From: Octopus bimaculoides
Lineage: Eukaryota
Direction of reading: 5' to 3'
Length of the DNA: 34,304 bases
Assembly: GCF_001194135.2 (NCBI RefSeq)
Contig: NC_068988.1
Location: 91,020,658 to 91,054,961 of the forward strand
Positions within the stretch are counted from its first letter, which is position 1, and the number at the start of each line of letters is the position of its first letter. Position numbers and translations under genes: made by a program. The notes under the pieces are model-generated. The model worked only from the letters and a program-made list of their open reading frames with translations. It did no database searches and was not told the DNA's origin. Positions 1 to 12,313 of the stretch are shown here, piece by piece.

Positions 1-46
1 TATATATATATATATATATATAAATACACACACGCGCACACATATC

Positions 47-252
47 TGTTGTGGAAGGATTCCGACCACCCCTCACGTGACTAAAAGCTGAACTGATTCA
101 TTATTATAAAGTAAAGAACTGTGAGCGAGTGGCGGTTCGGGTTGGCGAGCCTTTCATTAAGAGCGTTGAGTCTCGTGTAATAGTAACGCATCGTGTAAAT
201 ACTTTCTTCCCCGCTGCTTCGTTATAGTATATATCGAATACAAGTATATAAA
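47..252 (+). repeat. 5' LTR
   Basis: Starts tgttgtggaaggattccgaccac and aligns by eye along its length with 4040-4259. Confidence 0.9.
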
Positions 253-253
253 G

Positions 254-263
254 GTGGTGACGA
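254..263 (+). other. Primer-binding site of the LTR element
   Basis: TGGTGACGAG immediately after the 5' LTR end; TGG is complementary to the tRNA CCA end. Confidence 0.7.
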
Positions 264-456
264 GTTGTTCGAAGCTTGCGTTGAACGTTTAAAATTTTGT
301 TTTGGTACGAAACCAAATAGAAAATCGTTTTAACTTGGAATATTTATTGGCCTCCGTGGTGCAGTTGCAATAGCAATAGCAATAGCAGTAACAGCATCAG
401 CAGTTATAGCAACAATTACGCAGCAGCAGCAGCAGCAACTACAACAAAACCAACAG

Positions 457-1160
457 TTGCTGGAATTAGTGTTGAAGGAGTCTGAAACTACTTCAGGTTC
501 GTACTCGCCTGACAGCGTAGCAAACTCAATTGAAGCATTCAGCTATAAACCAGGACAATGTACTATCTTCTCTGCATATTTTGGTAGATACGAAGAAATC
601 TTCAAAGATGAATGTAAAAGTTGGTCCGACGAGAAAAAAGTACGATTACTTTTAAGAAAGTTATCCCCTGCTGAACACGAAAAATATAGTATCTATATTC
701 TGCTGATATTTGTTTCGATAAAACAATATTTTATCGAAAATTTTCAGTGAAAGAAGTTCCCTGTTCAATGCTCGCTGGCAATGTTTCAATTTTGTCAAAA
801 AAGATGATGAAGATTTCGTTACCTATGCCGGAGTGGTTAACAGAGTGTGAGAAATTCAAATTGAATGAGTTGATCCTGGTCATGTTCAAGTCTTTAATTT
901 TTGTTCAAGAGCTTACTGCAAGAAAAGATTCAGATAAACGTTCCCGGATATTAACAAAATTAGAACAGGATCAAAATTTAACTCTGCAAGCAACCGCAGA
1001 AAAATTTCAGAGGATTATTAATCTACGATATGACGCAAATAAAACTAAAGAGAAAGATTGTTTTCAGATTCAAGCGTGTCGACTGGTAACGAATAAGAAA
1101 ACAGACAAAAAATATCAAGACAAAATCCATGTTATGGGTACGGTGGTCTGTAAAAATTAA
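457..1160 (+). pseudogene. gag: Gypsy gag remnant
   Basis: ORFs 457-750 and 747-1160 (FSAYFGRYEEIF..WSDEKKVRLLLRKL..AEHEKY; SDKRSRILTKLEQDQNLTLQ) resemble Gypsy/Mag-like gag; preceded by a CAG-rich poly-Q stretch. Confidence 0.7.
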
Positions 1161-1356
1161 TAACACAAACGTAAAGTTACAATTGGATATAGGCAGCGAC
1201 ATCTCAATAATTAACACAGATACAAGGAAAAAGATCGGGAGACCTAAATTAAATGAAACTTCGAAAAATTACCCGAGGTGTTTCAGGAAAACATTATATT
1301 TTAAGGTCAAATTGATAAGGAGCATTACACTTCGGGAAAAAAAGCTTAAAAGCTAA
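1129..1356 (+). pseudogene. Retrotransposon aspartic protease remnant
   Basis: VKLQLDIGSDISIIN matches the D(T/S)G protease active-site context. Confidence 0.8.
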
Positions 1357-1699
1357 AGTTTTTGTGTTAAATAATACAACAAACTTGTTCGGTACCGACT
1401 GGATGGAACTGTTTAATTCATGGGACCTCCCCATAAATCTAAATCTTTTTTGCAAAAATGTAAATGGTTTTTTTCTCCAGTACAAATAAGTCGTCAGACA
1501 AATTGGAAAAAAAAAAATAATAATATTTTTCCTGAAGTTCTGTCCGATAATTTAGGCCCGTGTACCAAAACGGAGGCACGGTTTCAAATACAAGAGATTG
1601 TCATCCCAATATTTAAACAAAAACGAACGGTATCATTCTCAGCGTTAGAACAGAAACTTAGAGAGACTAGAAAAAATCGGAGTTATCCCAAAACTGGAA

Positions 1700-2260
1700 T
1701 ACTCTGAATAGGCAGCACCAACTGTGTACATTAAGAAGAAGAATAATAAAATCAGAGTGTGCGCTGGTTTTGCCACTGGTTTAAACGAATGTCTTAAAAC
1801 GTGTCACTATCCGCTACCTACTCTGGAGGATATCTTTGCGAAATTAAACGGTGGCAAGATATTTTCTAAACTGGATCTCTCTGACGTGTACCTACAAGTT
1901 AGAGTAGACGACGAATGCTCTAAGTACCTAACAACACGCATAAAGGACTGTATAAAAGCAACATGTTGGCTTAAAAGTTGTACCAGCGATTTTTCAACAG
2001 ATTACGGATGCAATGTTAGCGGACTGTGAATTTGAAAGTCTATATCTGATTGATACAGTCATTAAAAGCGAATCCAGTGATCAACACGTAGAGCACGTAA
2101 AACAGGTATTCGAAAAAATTCGGGATTATGGCTTTACTTTGAAGAAAAGTGTGAATTTTTTTTTTACCTAAAATAAGACCCGTCGAAGGAAGACGCAATT
2201 AAAAAATATGCCCCTCCGACAAATATAGCGACACATAAAAGCATTTTTTAGGATTGGCAA
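1700..2260 (+). pseudogene. Gypsy reverse transcriptase remnant
   Basis: KIRVCAGFATGLN..YPLPTLEDIFAKLNGGKIFSKLDLSDVYLQV is a Gypsy RT motif; frameshifted downstream. Confidence 0.88.
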
Positions 2261-2368
2261 ATTATTACGAAAATTATATTCCAAATATGCCTAAGGTGAG
2301 CATTCCATTGAATAACCTGCTGTAAAAAGATATGAAATGGAATTGTTCGGAAAATTGCCAAAAAGCAT

Positions 2369-2788
2369 TTGACAAAAGCAAAACCAATATTAATTTCTGA
2401 TTTGTCGTTAGCACACTTCGATCCTGCAGCGGAGATTGTTGTAGCTTCAGACGCTTCTGAGTACGGTATAGGAGCAGCACGGTTGCATAAATATAACGAT
2501 GGTAACATGAAGGCGATGGTTCATGCCTCATGTTCTCTGATAGCAGAGAAAAATTATAGTCAAGTCGAAAAAGAAGCTCTAGCGATTATTTTTGCCGTGA
2601 AAAAATTTCACAGATTTTTACACGGTAGGCTTTTTCGTCTACAGAATGTTTGTCGTCCATTATTATCAATATTTGGGACGAAAAAAGGAATTCCTAACCA
2701 TACTTCTAATAAATTACAACGCTGGTGTTCGATATTATTAAACTATGATTTCAAGATGGAGTATATACCATTCAAGAAATTGGACTGA
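2369..2788 (+). pseudogene. Gypsy RNase H remnant
   Basis: VVASDASEYGIGA..NYSQVEKEALAIIFAVKKFHRFLHGRLF..KLQRW is typical Gypsy RNase H. Confidence 0.9.
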
Positions 2789-3014
2789 TTTCGAAAAATG
2801 CGGAACCATTTGAAGATACCGTGATTGCCGCTTTGCAAGCGGAAAATGAATTTTAAAATGTTTTGTGTAACGTCATACGTGAACTTTCAGTTACTTTACA
2901 AGAAAAAATTAAAATCGGACACTGATAAAAATGAAAGAAATATTGAAAGCTAAAAGTGATAAAAATATACGTAACATAAATGCGAACCATTTCTCACTGT
3001 GTGACAATGTGTAG

Positions 3015-3760
3015 ATGTATACACAAAGAGTCATAGTGCCAGCCACACTACAAAAGCGATTATTAAAGAAATTTCATATGAGTCATTCAGGGATTTCGAG
3101 AATGAAATCATTAATGAGAAGTTCCGAATATTGTCCAACAATAGACCGTGACATTGAAGAATCAGTGAAAGTATGCAGAGGGCGTGCCTTCGCTTCAAAA
3201 TCACCTACCACTAAATGGCGGCCGTGATCAAACACAGACGTTCTATGGGCCAGACTACATATTGATTACGCAGGTTCACTTAAGGGTACATATTACCTTG
3301 TCGTGGTGGATAGTTTTTCGAAGTGGCTGGAAGTGTATGAATGTAAAAAGCCAACATCTGCGGTTACAATAAGTTTTTTACACAAATTGTTCGCTAGTAT
3401 GGTATTCCGGATACCATTGTGTCGGATAATGGAATTCAATTTATGTCAGATGAGTTCAGAAAATCTTGCATCGAACATGTCATCACTCCGCCCTATCATT
3501 TTAGGTCAAATGGACAAGCGGAGCGTTTTGTTGACACTTATAAGAGGGCGTTGAAAAAGGCGAACAATGAAGTGATGGACGGCTTGGGATTTCAACAATT
3601 TCTAAGAATGTACCGAGTAACACCTAATCTGAATACACCATCGTGAAAGTCACCTGCAGAATTGATGTTTGCTAGAAAGGTTAGATCGATCTTTGATAAG
3701 CTGACACCTAGTAAAAAGAAAAAAAGCGAACAACAAAAATACTTCAACATTCTTCAAGTT
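3015..3760 (+). pseudogene. Gypsy integrase remnant
   Basis: Decayed HHCC region (KFHMSHSGISRMK..VKVCRGR), then VDSFSKWLEV, SDNGIQF and PPYHFRSNGQAERFVDTYK of the DDE core, split across frames. Confidence 0.9.
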
Positions 3761-4016
3761 AGGTGACAAAGTTTTTTTTAAAACTTATAGATATGGTAAA
3801 GAAAGCTGGGAGGACGGTGTAACTATAAAACAAATTGGGAGAATGATATCCCTGGTAAAAGGGAAAACATTGAACACAACTGACATATTAACCGACTAAA
3901 AAAAAAAAAGATTCACGGAAAAATAGTCACGTGAAATGAAATCCCCATGGAAGTGTTGTAAGACACGCTTGAGGTGCCAACACCCATATTAAAACTCTGT
4001 GCGGAGCTCAGTTCTC

Positions 4017-4039
4017 AAAAGAGAAGATGAAAGGTAAGA
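4017..4039 (+). other. Polypurine tract
   Basis: aaaagagaagatgaaaggtaaga directly before the 3' LTR. Confidence 0.7.
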
Positions 4040-4259
4040 TATTGTGGAAGGATTCCGACCACACCGCAAGTGACTAAAAGGTGGACTGACTCATTATTAG
4101 AAAGTAAAGAACTGTGAGCGATTGGCAATTGGTATTGGTAGCACTTCACTGTGAGCCTTTTGATTAAGAGCGTTGAGTCTGGTGTAATAGTAGCGCGTTG
4201 TGTCTATACTTTCTTCTCCCTGCTTTGTTATATTATATAACCAATACAAGGATATAAAA
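4040..4259 (+). repeat. 3' LTR
   Basis: tattgtggaaggattccgaccac...aatacaaggatataaaa, homologous to 47-252 with a short internal insertion. Confidence 0.9.
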
Positions 4260-4269
4260 AAATCTTAAT

Positions 4270-5340
4270 CAAAATGTATAATATATGTCCATTATGATCG
4301 CTCTTATCAATCGGTTTCACACTGCCGATTAAACAGGATGTCAGATAAAGGCACGGTTAAGCAATACCACGTGCTCATCAGAGCTAGCAGATATAGAAAA
4401 AATATGGCAACTGATCTCCATTATTGATGAAAAGACACAACCGGTTTGTGGGTAATATGAAAGTAAACGAAACGAACTGAACAATTGTTGCATCAAGAGT
4501 AGTGTCCCTTGGCCTCAAAGTTCTCTGAAATGCAAGTCTACAAGAGAGTTCTGAAAATGTGTGTAGGGTGTAGGGTTATGTATTCGTATATGGTTCGGAA
4601 GTTTGTTTGAGTATTATACGTGTAGAACTTTCGGGAGGTGGAGGTGCTGGGCAGATTTCCTGATGCTTAAACCCATGTTAGGGGCATATATCTTCGTGTG
4701 CTAGTTTGAATATGTTTTCTTTAAAATCTTTGCTAGGTCCTCAGAATATGGTGGTGAAAGAGCCGAAGGTGGGGAACTGATGATTACGGTTATGATGGGG
4801 CCCGTTAGTATGATAAAATATATCTCCTTTCATGTGGATAAGGGCTAAAAATCTCACTTCTGCAGTTTAGGTAATGTTTGGGTGCTGAGTACTTTTTAAT
4901 ATCTTTCTTTTCTTGGCTAAACATAACCTGCACTTTCTGCTGTTTTTAAGAGAAGCCTTGCACTTTTAAAAATTTTCCTCTTTATGCTGTACTCTGTGGC
5001 GCGTTCTTTTAACCATCATACGTGCCTAGTCAGGGTTGTGGCATACGTTCCTTCGGGATATTGGAGGAGGACTTCTGCCTCTCCCACATACTTTCGCACG
5101 TTTGGTTAATTATTTAGAACTTTTGATGTTATCACTGCCTCATATACGATTGTTCCCGTGTTACATTGGCCGTCAGTGAGGCATGTGGTGTTACTTCTAC
5201 ATGAGCATCCTACCACTGATTCAGCTGTGGTCTACCAACTTTTATCTCTTTTACACAAGATCCGCATTTAAAAGACACTCATAAAGTATGCCTTTTAAAA
5301 ATTTTACTGAAGCTACTCGTACGGGGCAAGTATTTATCAA
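4270..5340 (-). mobile_element. Penelope-like element 3' portion (GIY-YIG endonuclease plus 3' region with degenerate HHR)
   Basis: Minus-strand translation GCSCRSNTTCLTDGQCNTGTIVYEAVI..RKYVGEAE..EYSIKRKILKSAR..KCRLCLA..LNCRSEIF matches the PLE Cys linker and GIY-YIG; CTGATGA..GAAAC motif near 4310-4382. The lower boundary is approximate. Confidence 0.8.
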
Positions 5341-6347
5341 AGGTAAGAAAAATCCTACTCACNNNNNNNNNNNNNNNNNNNNNNNNNNNNNNNNNNNNNN
5401 NNNNNNNNNNNNNNNNNNNNNNNNNNNNNNNNNNNNNNNNNNNNNNNNNNNNNNNNNNNNNNNNNNNNNNNNNNNNNNNNNNNNNNNNNNNNNNNNNNNN
5501 NNNNNNNNNNNNNNNNNNNNNNNNNNNNNNNNNNNNNNNNNNNNNNNNNNNNNNNNNNNNNNNNNNNNNNNNNNNNNNNNNNNNNNNNNNNNNNNNNNNN
5601 NNNNNNNNNNNNNNNNNNNNNNNNNNNNNNNNNNNNNNNNNNNNNNNNNNNNNNNNNNNNNNNNNNNNNNNNNNNNNNNNNNNNNNNNNNNNNNNNNNNN
5701 NNNNNNNNNNNNNNNNNNNNNNNNNNNNNNNNNNNNNNNNNNNNNNNNNNNNNNNNNNNNNNNNNNNNNNNNNNNNNNNNNNNNNNNNNNNNNNNNNNNN
5801 NNNNNNNNNNNNNNNNNNNNNNNNNNNNNNNNNNNNNNNNNNNNNNNNNNNNNNNNNNNNNNNNNNNNNNNNNNNNNNNNNNNNNNNNNNNNNNNNNNNN
5901 NNNNNNNNNNNNNNNNNNNNNNNNNNNNNNNNNNNNNNNNNNNNNNNNNNNNNNNNNNNNNNNNNNNNNNNNNNNNNNNNNNNNNNNNNNNNNNNNNNNN
6001 NNNNNNNNNNNNNNNNNNNNNNNNNNNNNNNNNNNNNNNNNNNNNNNNNNNNNNNNNNNNNNNNNNNNNNNNNNNNNNNNNNNNNNNNNNNNNNNNNNNN
6101 NNNNNNNNNNNNNNNNNNNNNNNNNNNNNNNNNNNNNNNNNNNNNNNNNNNNNNNNNNNNNNNNNNNNNNNNNNNNNNNNNNNNNNNNNNNNNNNNNNNN
6201 NNNNNNNNNNNNNNNNNNNNNNNNNNNNNNNNNNNNNNNNNNNNNNNNNNNNNNNNNNNNNNNNNNNNNNNNNNNNNNNNNNNNNNNNNNNNNNNNNNNN
6301 NNNNNNNNNNNNNNNNNNNNNNNNNNNNNNNNNNNNNNNNNNNNNNN

Positions 6348-6400
<53 letters not shown>

Positions 6401-6476
6401 TATATGTGTGTGTGTGTGTGTGTGTATGTATATGTATATATGTATACATGTCTGTATATGTATATACATATGTATA

Positions 6477-7310
6477 CATTGGGTCATCCCATAAATAATG
6501 CGGTTTTTCAATTTCATGAAGTAAAAATCTGAGGGCAACGGAATATACTAACTGCATCAACTGGCTATAAAAGCAGGTAGTAATTTTACTTTGTAGTTAT
6601 TCTTAGTGCAAGCGCTGAAGAGTGCAGTTCGATTTTAACAGTTATTTTTTCAAAGTTGTAATGGAAGTGACAAAGGAACATATTGGGCTTATTTTGCTTT
6701 ATGAGTTCAATAAAGGCAACAACGCAACGGAAAGTGCGAGGAATATTAATGTAGTATATGGGGATCGGGCAATAAGCATAAGCCAGTGTCAACGGTGGTT
6801 CCAAAAATTCCGAGCCGGAAACTATAGACTCAAAGACGATCCTCGTCCTGGAAGATCTGTAGAGTTCATCGAGAGTGTCCTAAAAACCCTGGTGGAACAA
6901 ATTCCCATCGTAACTGTCGAGGAACTAGCAGAGAAGATTGGATTTGGTCATTCAACCATTCATCGACACCTGCGGGCCATCGGAAAAGTCAGCAAATTGG
7001 GTCGATGAGTACCCCACGAACTTTCGGAGTCTAATCGCGTGCAGAGAGTGAATGTGCGCTCTTCTTTGCTGTCACATCTCACAAATGAACCTTTTTTGGA
7101 CTGAATAGTGATTGGTGAGGAGAAATGGGTTCTCTATAAAAATGTCAAAATCCGAAAACAGTCGGTAGGGAAAGGAGAAACACCAGCACCCCAGGCTAAA
7201 GAAGGTCTTCACCCACATAAGGTGTTGTCATCTGTTTGGCGGTATATGAAAGGTTTAGTCCACTGAACTTTTAAACCCAAACCAAGCGATAATAAAGGAG
7301 ATTTACTACG
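6477..7310 (+). mobile_element. Mariner transposon, 5' TIR plus decayed and truncated transposase
   Basis: TIR-like cattgggtcatcccataaataatgcggtttt after TA. Protein from 6661 MEVTKEHIGLILLYEF..QRWFQKFRAG..DDPRPGR..STIHRHL..KVSKLGR*VPHEL..IVIGEEKWVLYKN, with the first catalytic D changed to E. Confidence 0.9.
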
Positions 7311-7920
7311 AGCACTATATCAGTGTCCATACTGAAGTAGGTAGTTTCTACACAGAAGGTCAACATTTCCATCAAGTTTCTTATTGGTATACTACTGCGT
7401 TCTTTTAGATGGGCGTCTGTCACTAGTTTTTCTTGTATCACCGATAGTGCTTCACCAGTTGGGACTTTGGTGAACAGGCTTATCACATCAAGACTCACTA
7501 TCTGGTTGGATTCAATGGAGGTATCCTTGATCAATTCTGTGATGTGGGTGGAATTCTTCACGTACGATGTTGATTTCCTGCGATTTGACTGATTATATCC
7601 ACAAGGAAGCGGCTCAATGGATGACTTGCTAAACTTCTACAGCTCACTGTAGGTCTTAATGGTATACCATCCTTGTGAATCTTAGGGAGACGGTACATGT
7701 GTGGTAGTTTACTGTGGTGTTGAGTCAGTTGTCTGTACTTCATTGGTGTAAAATGATCCATGTTCTTGATCAAAGATCTGTGACCACTCCCTGTCTGTTT
7801 TCAGAATTGGTTCTTTCTTTTCTTTTGCTGTAGCTACCATCACTTATAAGACTTGCCAACTTTTCAGAGTTATCAAGCTTGTTCATCACCACTGTAGCAT
7901 TTCCCTTGTCCGTCGAATGT
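7310..7920 (-). mobile_element. Penelope-like element RT fragment
   Basis: MYRLPKIHKDGIPLRPTVS..IVSLDVISLFTKVP..LMEMLTFCVETTYF is a PLE RT signature. Confidence 0.88.
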
Positions 7921-8098
7921 AAATAATGTACATAATTCCTCATCTATAAAATTTTGAACTATTTTAGGTAATTGTTGTTTCTTTTTAGTTGTATGGTGAA
8001 ATTAGCTTGCTGTTATCTTTGATTAATTATAATTGCTTCAGATGATTCCTGTTTTTAAAGGTTTTTTTTTTATTCATATGGCTGTGTCATTTTTTTTT

Positions 8099-8227
8099 TA
8101 ACGCCTCCAAGGAGGTTATGTTTTTGCCGGCGTTGGTTTGGAAAATTGGGCGATTTTCAGCATGCGTGTGTATGGGGGGAAATGAGCTGCTTGGTGGAGG
8201 TCTGCACCTTCCGAGTGCTTTTCTAGT
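8099..8227 (+). mobile_element. Short non-autonomous Helentron/DINE-like element
   Basis: 5' acgcctccaaggaggttatgtt, matching subterminal inverted copy cttggtggaggt, 3' hairpin gcac-cttccga-gtgc and ctagtt end, in T-rich flanks. Confidence 0.55.
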
Positions 8228-8820
8228 TTATTCTGCAGTCTTCAAAATAATTTGAACGGAAAAAATATGAATTGTGTAGACGAGGTTAGAACAGTACAGG
8301 AGGAGTATTTTTCGTCACGAACAAGTGAAGTTTGGAAGAGGGGGGGGGGGCTTGTAAGTCTACCAGACAGATGGAAGTGTATTGTATAAAATGAACGAGA
8401 GTATATTTTAAATTAAAAAAGAACTTTGTTTATCTTAATTTTGAAAAGTAAAATTATAAAAAAAACTGCATTATTTATGTGATGACCCAATATGTATGTT
8501 TATATATATACATATGTATATGTACATATATATATGTGTGTGTATGTTTGTATAGATATATACGTATGTCTATACGTATGTATATATATATATATATACA
8601 TGTGTGTGTATTATGCATGTATATATATATATATATATATATAACAAAGTAAAGTTGTAAGATACGGCACGAGTGGAAATATATATGAAAGAAGGTTTGA
8701 AAATGCAATTTTAAAGATGTTTATTCACTTGACGGGTTTCACTTTTTTAGAAAAATATTGTCAAAAGTACAATGTAAAGCTTTGTATAAGCTTTGTTGTA
8801 TTAAGTACTGGTTGTCACAA

Positions 8821-8985
8821 AAGTATTAAAATACATATATACATTCTTTGATAATCATAAGAAAATTTTTAAAACAGTTTAAGTATTAAAATACATCTAT
8901 AAAAATACATATATATATTTTTTGATAATAATAAGAAAATGTTAAAAAACAGTTTAAGTATTAAACTACATATATACATTCTTTG

Positions 8986-9022
<37 letters not shown>

Positions 9023-9043
9023 GAATATGTCTAAAACAGTTTA
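8821..9043. repeat. Three-copy AT-rich tandem repeat (about 60-80 bp unit)
   Basis: aagtattaaaatacatatatacattctttgataat..aagaaaat..aaaacagttt repeated three times; the third copy has an expanded (AAT)n. Confidence 0.8.
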
Positions 9044-10812
9044 AAAGAGAGTATTCAACAAAAAGTATTTGGTAGTATATATATACTCAGGAGATATATT
9101 TAAAAATTTACAAAAAATTGCAGAGAAACTGACCCGTCTTTTTAACAAGTTTTCTCTTTTGTGTGTAGCTAGGGAATGTTTGCTATTTTAAGGAAGAGGA
9201 ATGTAGAATTAAAAGTTTTTTTTTGTTTCTGGGCTNNNNNNNNNNNNNNNNNNNNNNNNNNNNNNNNNNNNNNNNNNNNNNNNNNNNNNNNNNNNNNNNN
9301 NNNNNNNNNNNNNNNNNNNNNNNNNNNNNNNNNNNNNNNNNNNNNNNNNNNNNNNNNNNNNNNNNNNNNNNNNNNNNNNNNNNNNNNNNNNNNNNNNNNN
9401 NNNNNNNNNNNNNNNNNNNNNNNNNNNNNNNNNNNNNNNNNNNNNNNNNNNNNNNNNNNNNNNNNNNNNNNNNNNNNNNNNNNNNNNNNNNNNNNNNNNN
9501 NNNNNNNNNNNNNNNNNNNNNNNNNNNNNNNNNNNNNNNNNNNNNNNNNNNNNNNNNNNNNNNNNNNNNNNNNNNNNNNNNNNNNNNNNNNNNNNNNNNN
9601 NNNNNNNNNNNNNNNNNNNNNNNNNNNNNNNNNNNNNNNNNNNNNNNNNNNNNNNNNNNNNNNNNNNNNNNNNNNNNNNNNNNNNNNNNNNNNNNNNNNN
9701 NNNNNNNNNNNNNNNNNNNNNNNNNNNNNNNNNNNNNNNNNNNNNNNNNNNNNNNNNNNNNNNNNNNNNNNNNNNNNNNNNNNNNNNNNNNNNNNNNNNN
9801 NNNNNNNNNNNNNNNNNNNNNNNNNNNNNNNNNNNNNNNNNNNNNNNNNNNNNNNNNNNNNNNNNNNNNNNNNNNNNNNNNNNNNNNNNNNNNNNNNNNN
9901 NNNNNNNNNNNNNNNNNNNNNNNNNNNNNNNNNNNNNNNNNNNNNNNNNNNNNNNNNNNNNNNNNNNNNNNNNNNNNNNNNNNNNNNNNNNNNNNNNNNN
10001 NNNNNNNNNNNNNNNNNNNNNNNNNNNNNNNNNNNNNNNNNNNNNNNNNNNNNNNNNNNNNNNNNNNNNNNTATTGCTAGTTTAGCCAATAAAAAAACAC
10101 GCACTGTATATTTGGTGTTAATTTGCTTCAGCTTTATATTACATTAATCTTAATCTTATTTCGGCCAGAGTTCTTTCGTCATACTTCTGTGACCTCATCA
10201 GTGGTCCTTTGTTTCCTTCTTTCTTATCTGTGTCTCATCTTGCTAACTATCAGCCATTTTGTATTTTGTATTCCTATCGTATGCGTCTACGCATGCGTGT
10301 CCTTCAATGTGTCTATGTCTTTTGTAAGTGCATGTGTGTATGGGGAGTGTCTGTATCACCTATATACTCTGTTAATACGTGTTCGTTTGTATTTGTTTTT
10401 ATTTATTTATTTGTTCATGTGTGTGTTTTTTTGTTGTTTTTTTGTGTTTAATTAAATTTTGTTAACGTATGTAGTATTTAATTCCATTTGTTTATCTATG
10501 TATTGTACAACAACATATATATTGTTAGATAGATAGATAGATAGAAATGTTGCTACTTCGTCTGGAATTACAACCCACTTATATCACCAATGAAAAATTC
10601 AATGGGAACATTACTCTCTTTGTTCAGTCCTTTAATGATGAATATATTTAGAGCTTTGTTTGAAACCAGAAAAATAAAATTTATGTGAGTAGATCCCGAA
10701 TGAAAAAGCATTTTATCGATATTAACATTCAGGCGGAATCTGACATATAGGCTTTCTAGAAGTGACTTGCAGACAGGACGATCTACCAATTATTTTGACT
10801 ATTAGTTACGAC

Positions 10813-11197
10813 TTGTTGGCACTCCGTCGCTTACGACGTCGACGGTTCCAGTTGATCCGATCAACGGAACAGTCTGCTCATGAAATTAACGTGCAAGTGG
10901 CTGAGCACTCCACAGACACGTGTACCCTTAACGTAGTTCACGGGGATATTCAGCGTGACAAAGAGTGCGACAAGGCTGACCCTTTGAAATACAGGCACAA
11001 CAGAAACAGGAAGTAAGAGTGAGAGAAAGTTGTGGTGGAAGAGTACAGCAGGGTTCGCCACCATCCCCTGCCGAAGCCTCGTGGAGCTTTAGGTGTTTTC
11101 GCTCAATAAACACTCACAACGCCCGGTCTAGGAATCGAAACCGCGATCCTATGACCGCGAGTCCGCTGCCCTAACCACTGGGCCATTGCGCCTCCAC
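10813..11197 (-). mobile_element. tRNA-derived SINE, full-length copy
   Basis: Minus strand starts gtggaggcgcaatggcccagtggttagg (A box) ..ggtttcgattcctagacc (B box); nearly identical to the copy at 26418-26747. Confidence 0.88.
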
Positions 11198-11519
11198 TAG
11201 TTACCACTATATTCCTCATAATAAAAACATTGATGCTGAGAAATGCACATCTGCAAATCTATAAAATATGATTACGCAAATATATTCTTCTGCAACGTTG
11301 ACCTTGTTTCTCTAAACTCTGTTGACGAGAGCAGGTGTGGTTGATGCTACTTTTCAAACTTTATATAGACGTATACATCGGTGGTACAAAACAACAATTC
11401 TAATGTAGAGACCACTTACTTCACCGAACCCTGAAATGAGCATAGATGAGGTGACCTAAATATGTTCCACTCAACCCACTCCCTGCACAGGAACCGCGAC
11501 TAATAGGATCTTTTAAACA

Positions 11520-11870
11520 TATCACTTCGAATTGTCACCTGGAATATATTAACACTCCTTGATGTCAAGTATTCGACAAAGCGAATTCTCAGTCGTTAAT
11601 AGCTATTACAACGAGTAAGTTAAGGAGCTACAATGTAGGTATAGTTGACCAGCATAGTTGACTATACTTCCTGAAATGGCCACACAAGAAATGTGCATCA
11701 ACAATATGGCATCACAGTTGAGGAACAGTCATTTCAACGAGTTGTTTTATTTATTTATCACACGATGAGATACATCTTGCACCGCCAGACACTCCTAAAC
11801 CAATTGTTCAGTGTTCCACAAGAGGAATCGATGCCAGATGTGTCGAACCAAATGTCGGGATTGATAATAA
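11520..11870 (+). mobile_element. Degenerate LINE (RTE-like) AP-endonuclease fragment
   Basis: LRIVTWNILTLLD resembles the APE N-terminal xRIGTWNVRTL motif; the rest is heavily decayed. Confidence 0.45.
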
Positions 11871-12275
11871 ATTCTCGTATAATCCATTTTCTGTCTTTCA
11901 TTTGTTATATGTATGTATATATATATATATATATATATATCACCAATGTAGTGTCGTTTAAAAGAGACGATCAGGAAGTGTGTGACTTTGTATGTGCGTG
12001 TTTATCAGATAGACTGACTGATATATATATATATATATNNNNNNNNNNNNNNNNNNNNNNNNNNNNNNNNNNNNNNNNNNNNNNNNNNNNNNNNNNNNNN
12101 NNNNNNNNNNNNNNNNNNNNNNNNNNNNNNNNNNNNNNNNNNNNNNNNNNNNNNNNNNNNNNNNNNNNNNNNNNNNNNNNNNNNNNNNNNNNNNNNNNNN
12201 NNNNNNNNNNNNNNNNNNNNNNNNNNNNNNNNNNNNNNNNNNNNNNNNNNNNNNNNNNNNNNNNNNNNNNNNNNN

Positions 12276-12313
<38 letters not shown>

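Larger units (their letters stand above)
47..4259 (+). mobile_element. Full-length but decayed Ty3/Gypsy LTR retrotransposon
   Basis: Two direct LTRs, PBS after the 5' LTR, purine tract before the 3' LTR, and gag-PR-RT-RNaseH-IN fragments in Gypsy order with many stops and frameshifts. Possible 5-bp TSD atatc (42-46) / aaatc (4260-4264), 4/5 match. Confidence 0.93.

Noticed and set aside
5279-6560. Long ORFs of 250-420 aa spanning N runs (also at 9169-10147, 25595-26528, 29844-30431 and 32896-33765)
   Set aside because: Artefacts of translating assembly gaps and flanking microsatellites.
10545-10800. Possible coding exon or hAT transposase C-terminal remnant
   Set aside because: Multiple stops in the suggestive frame and no motif I can identify with confidence.
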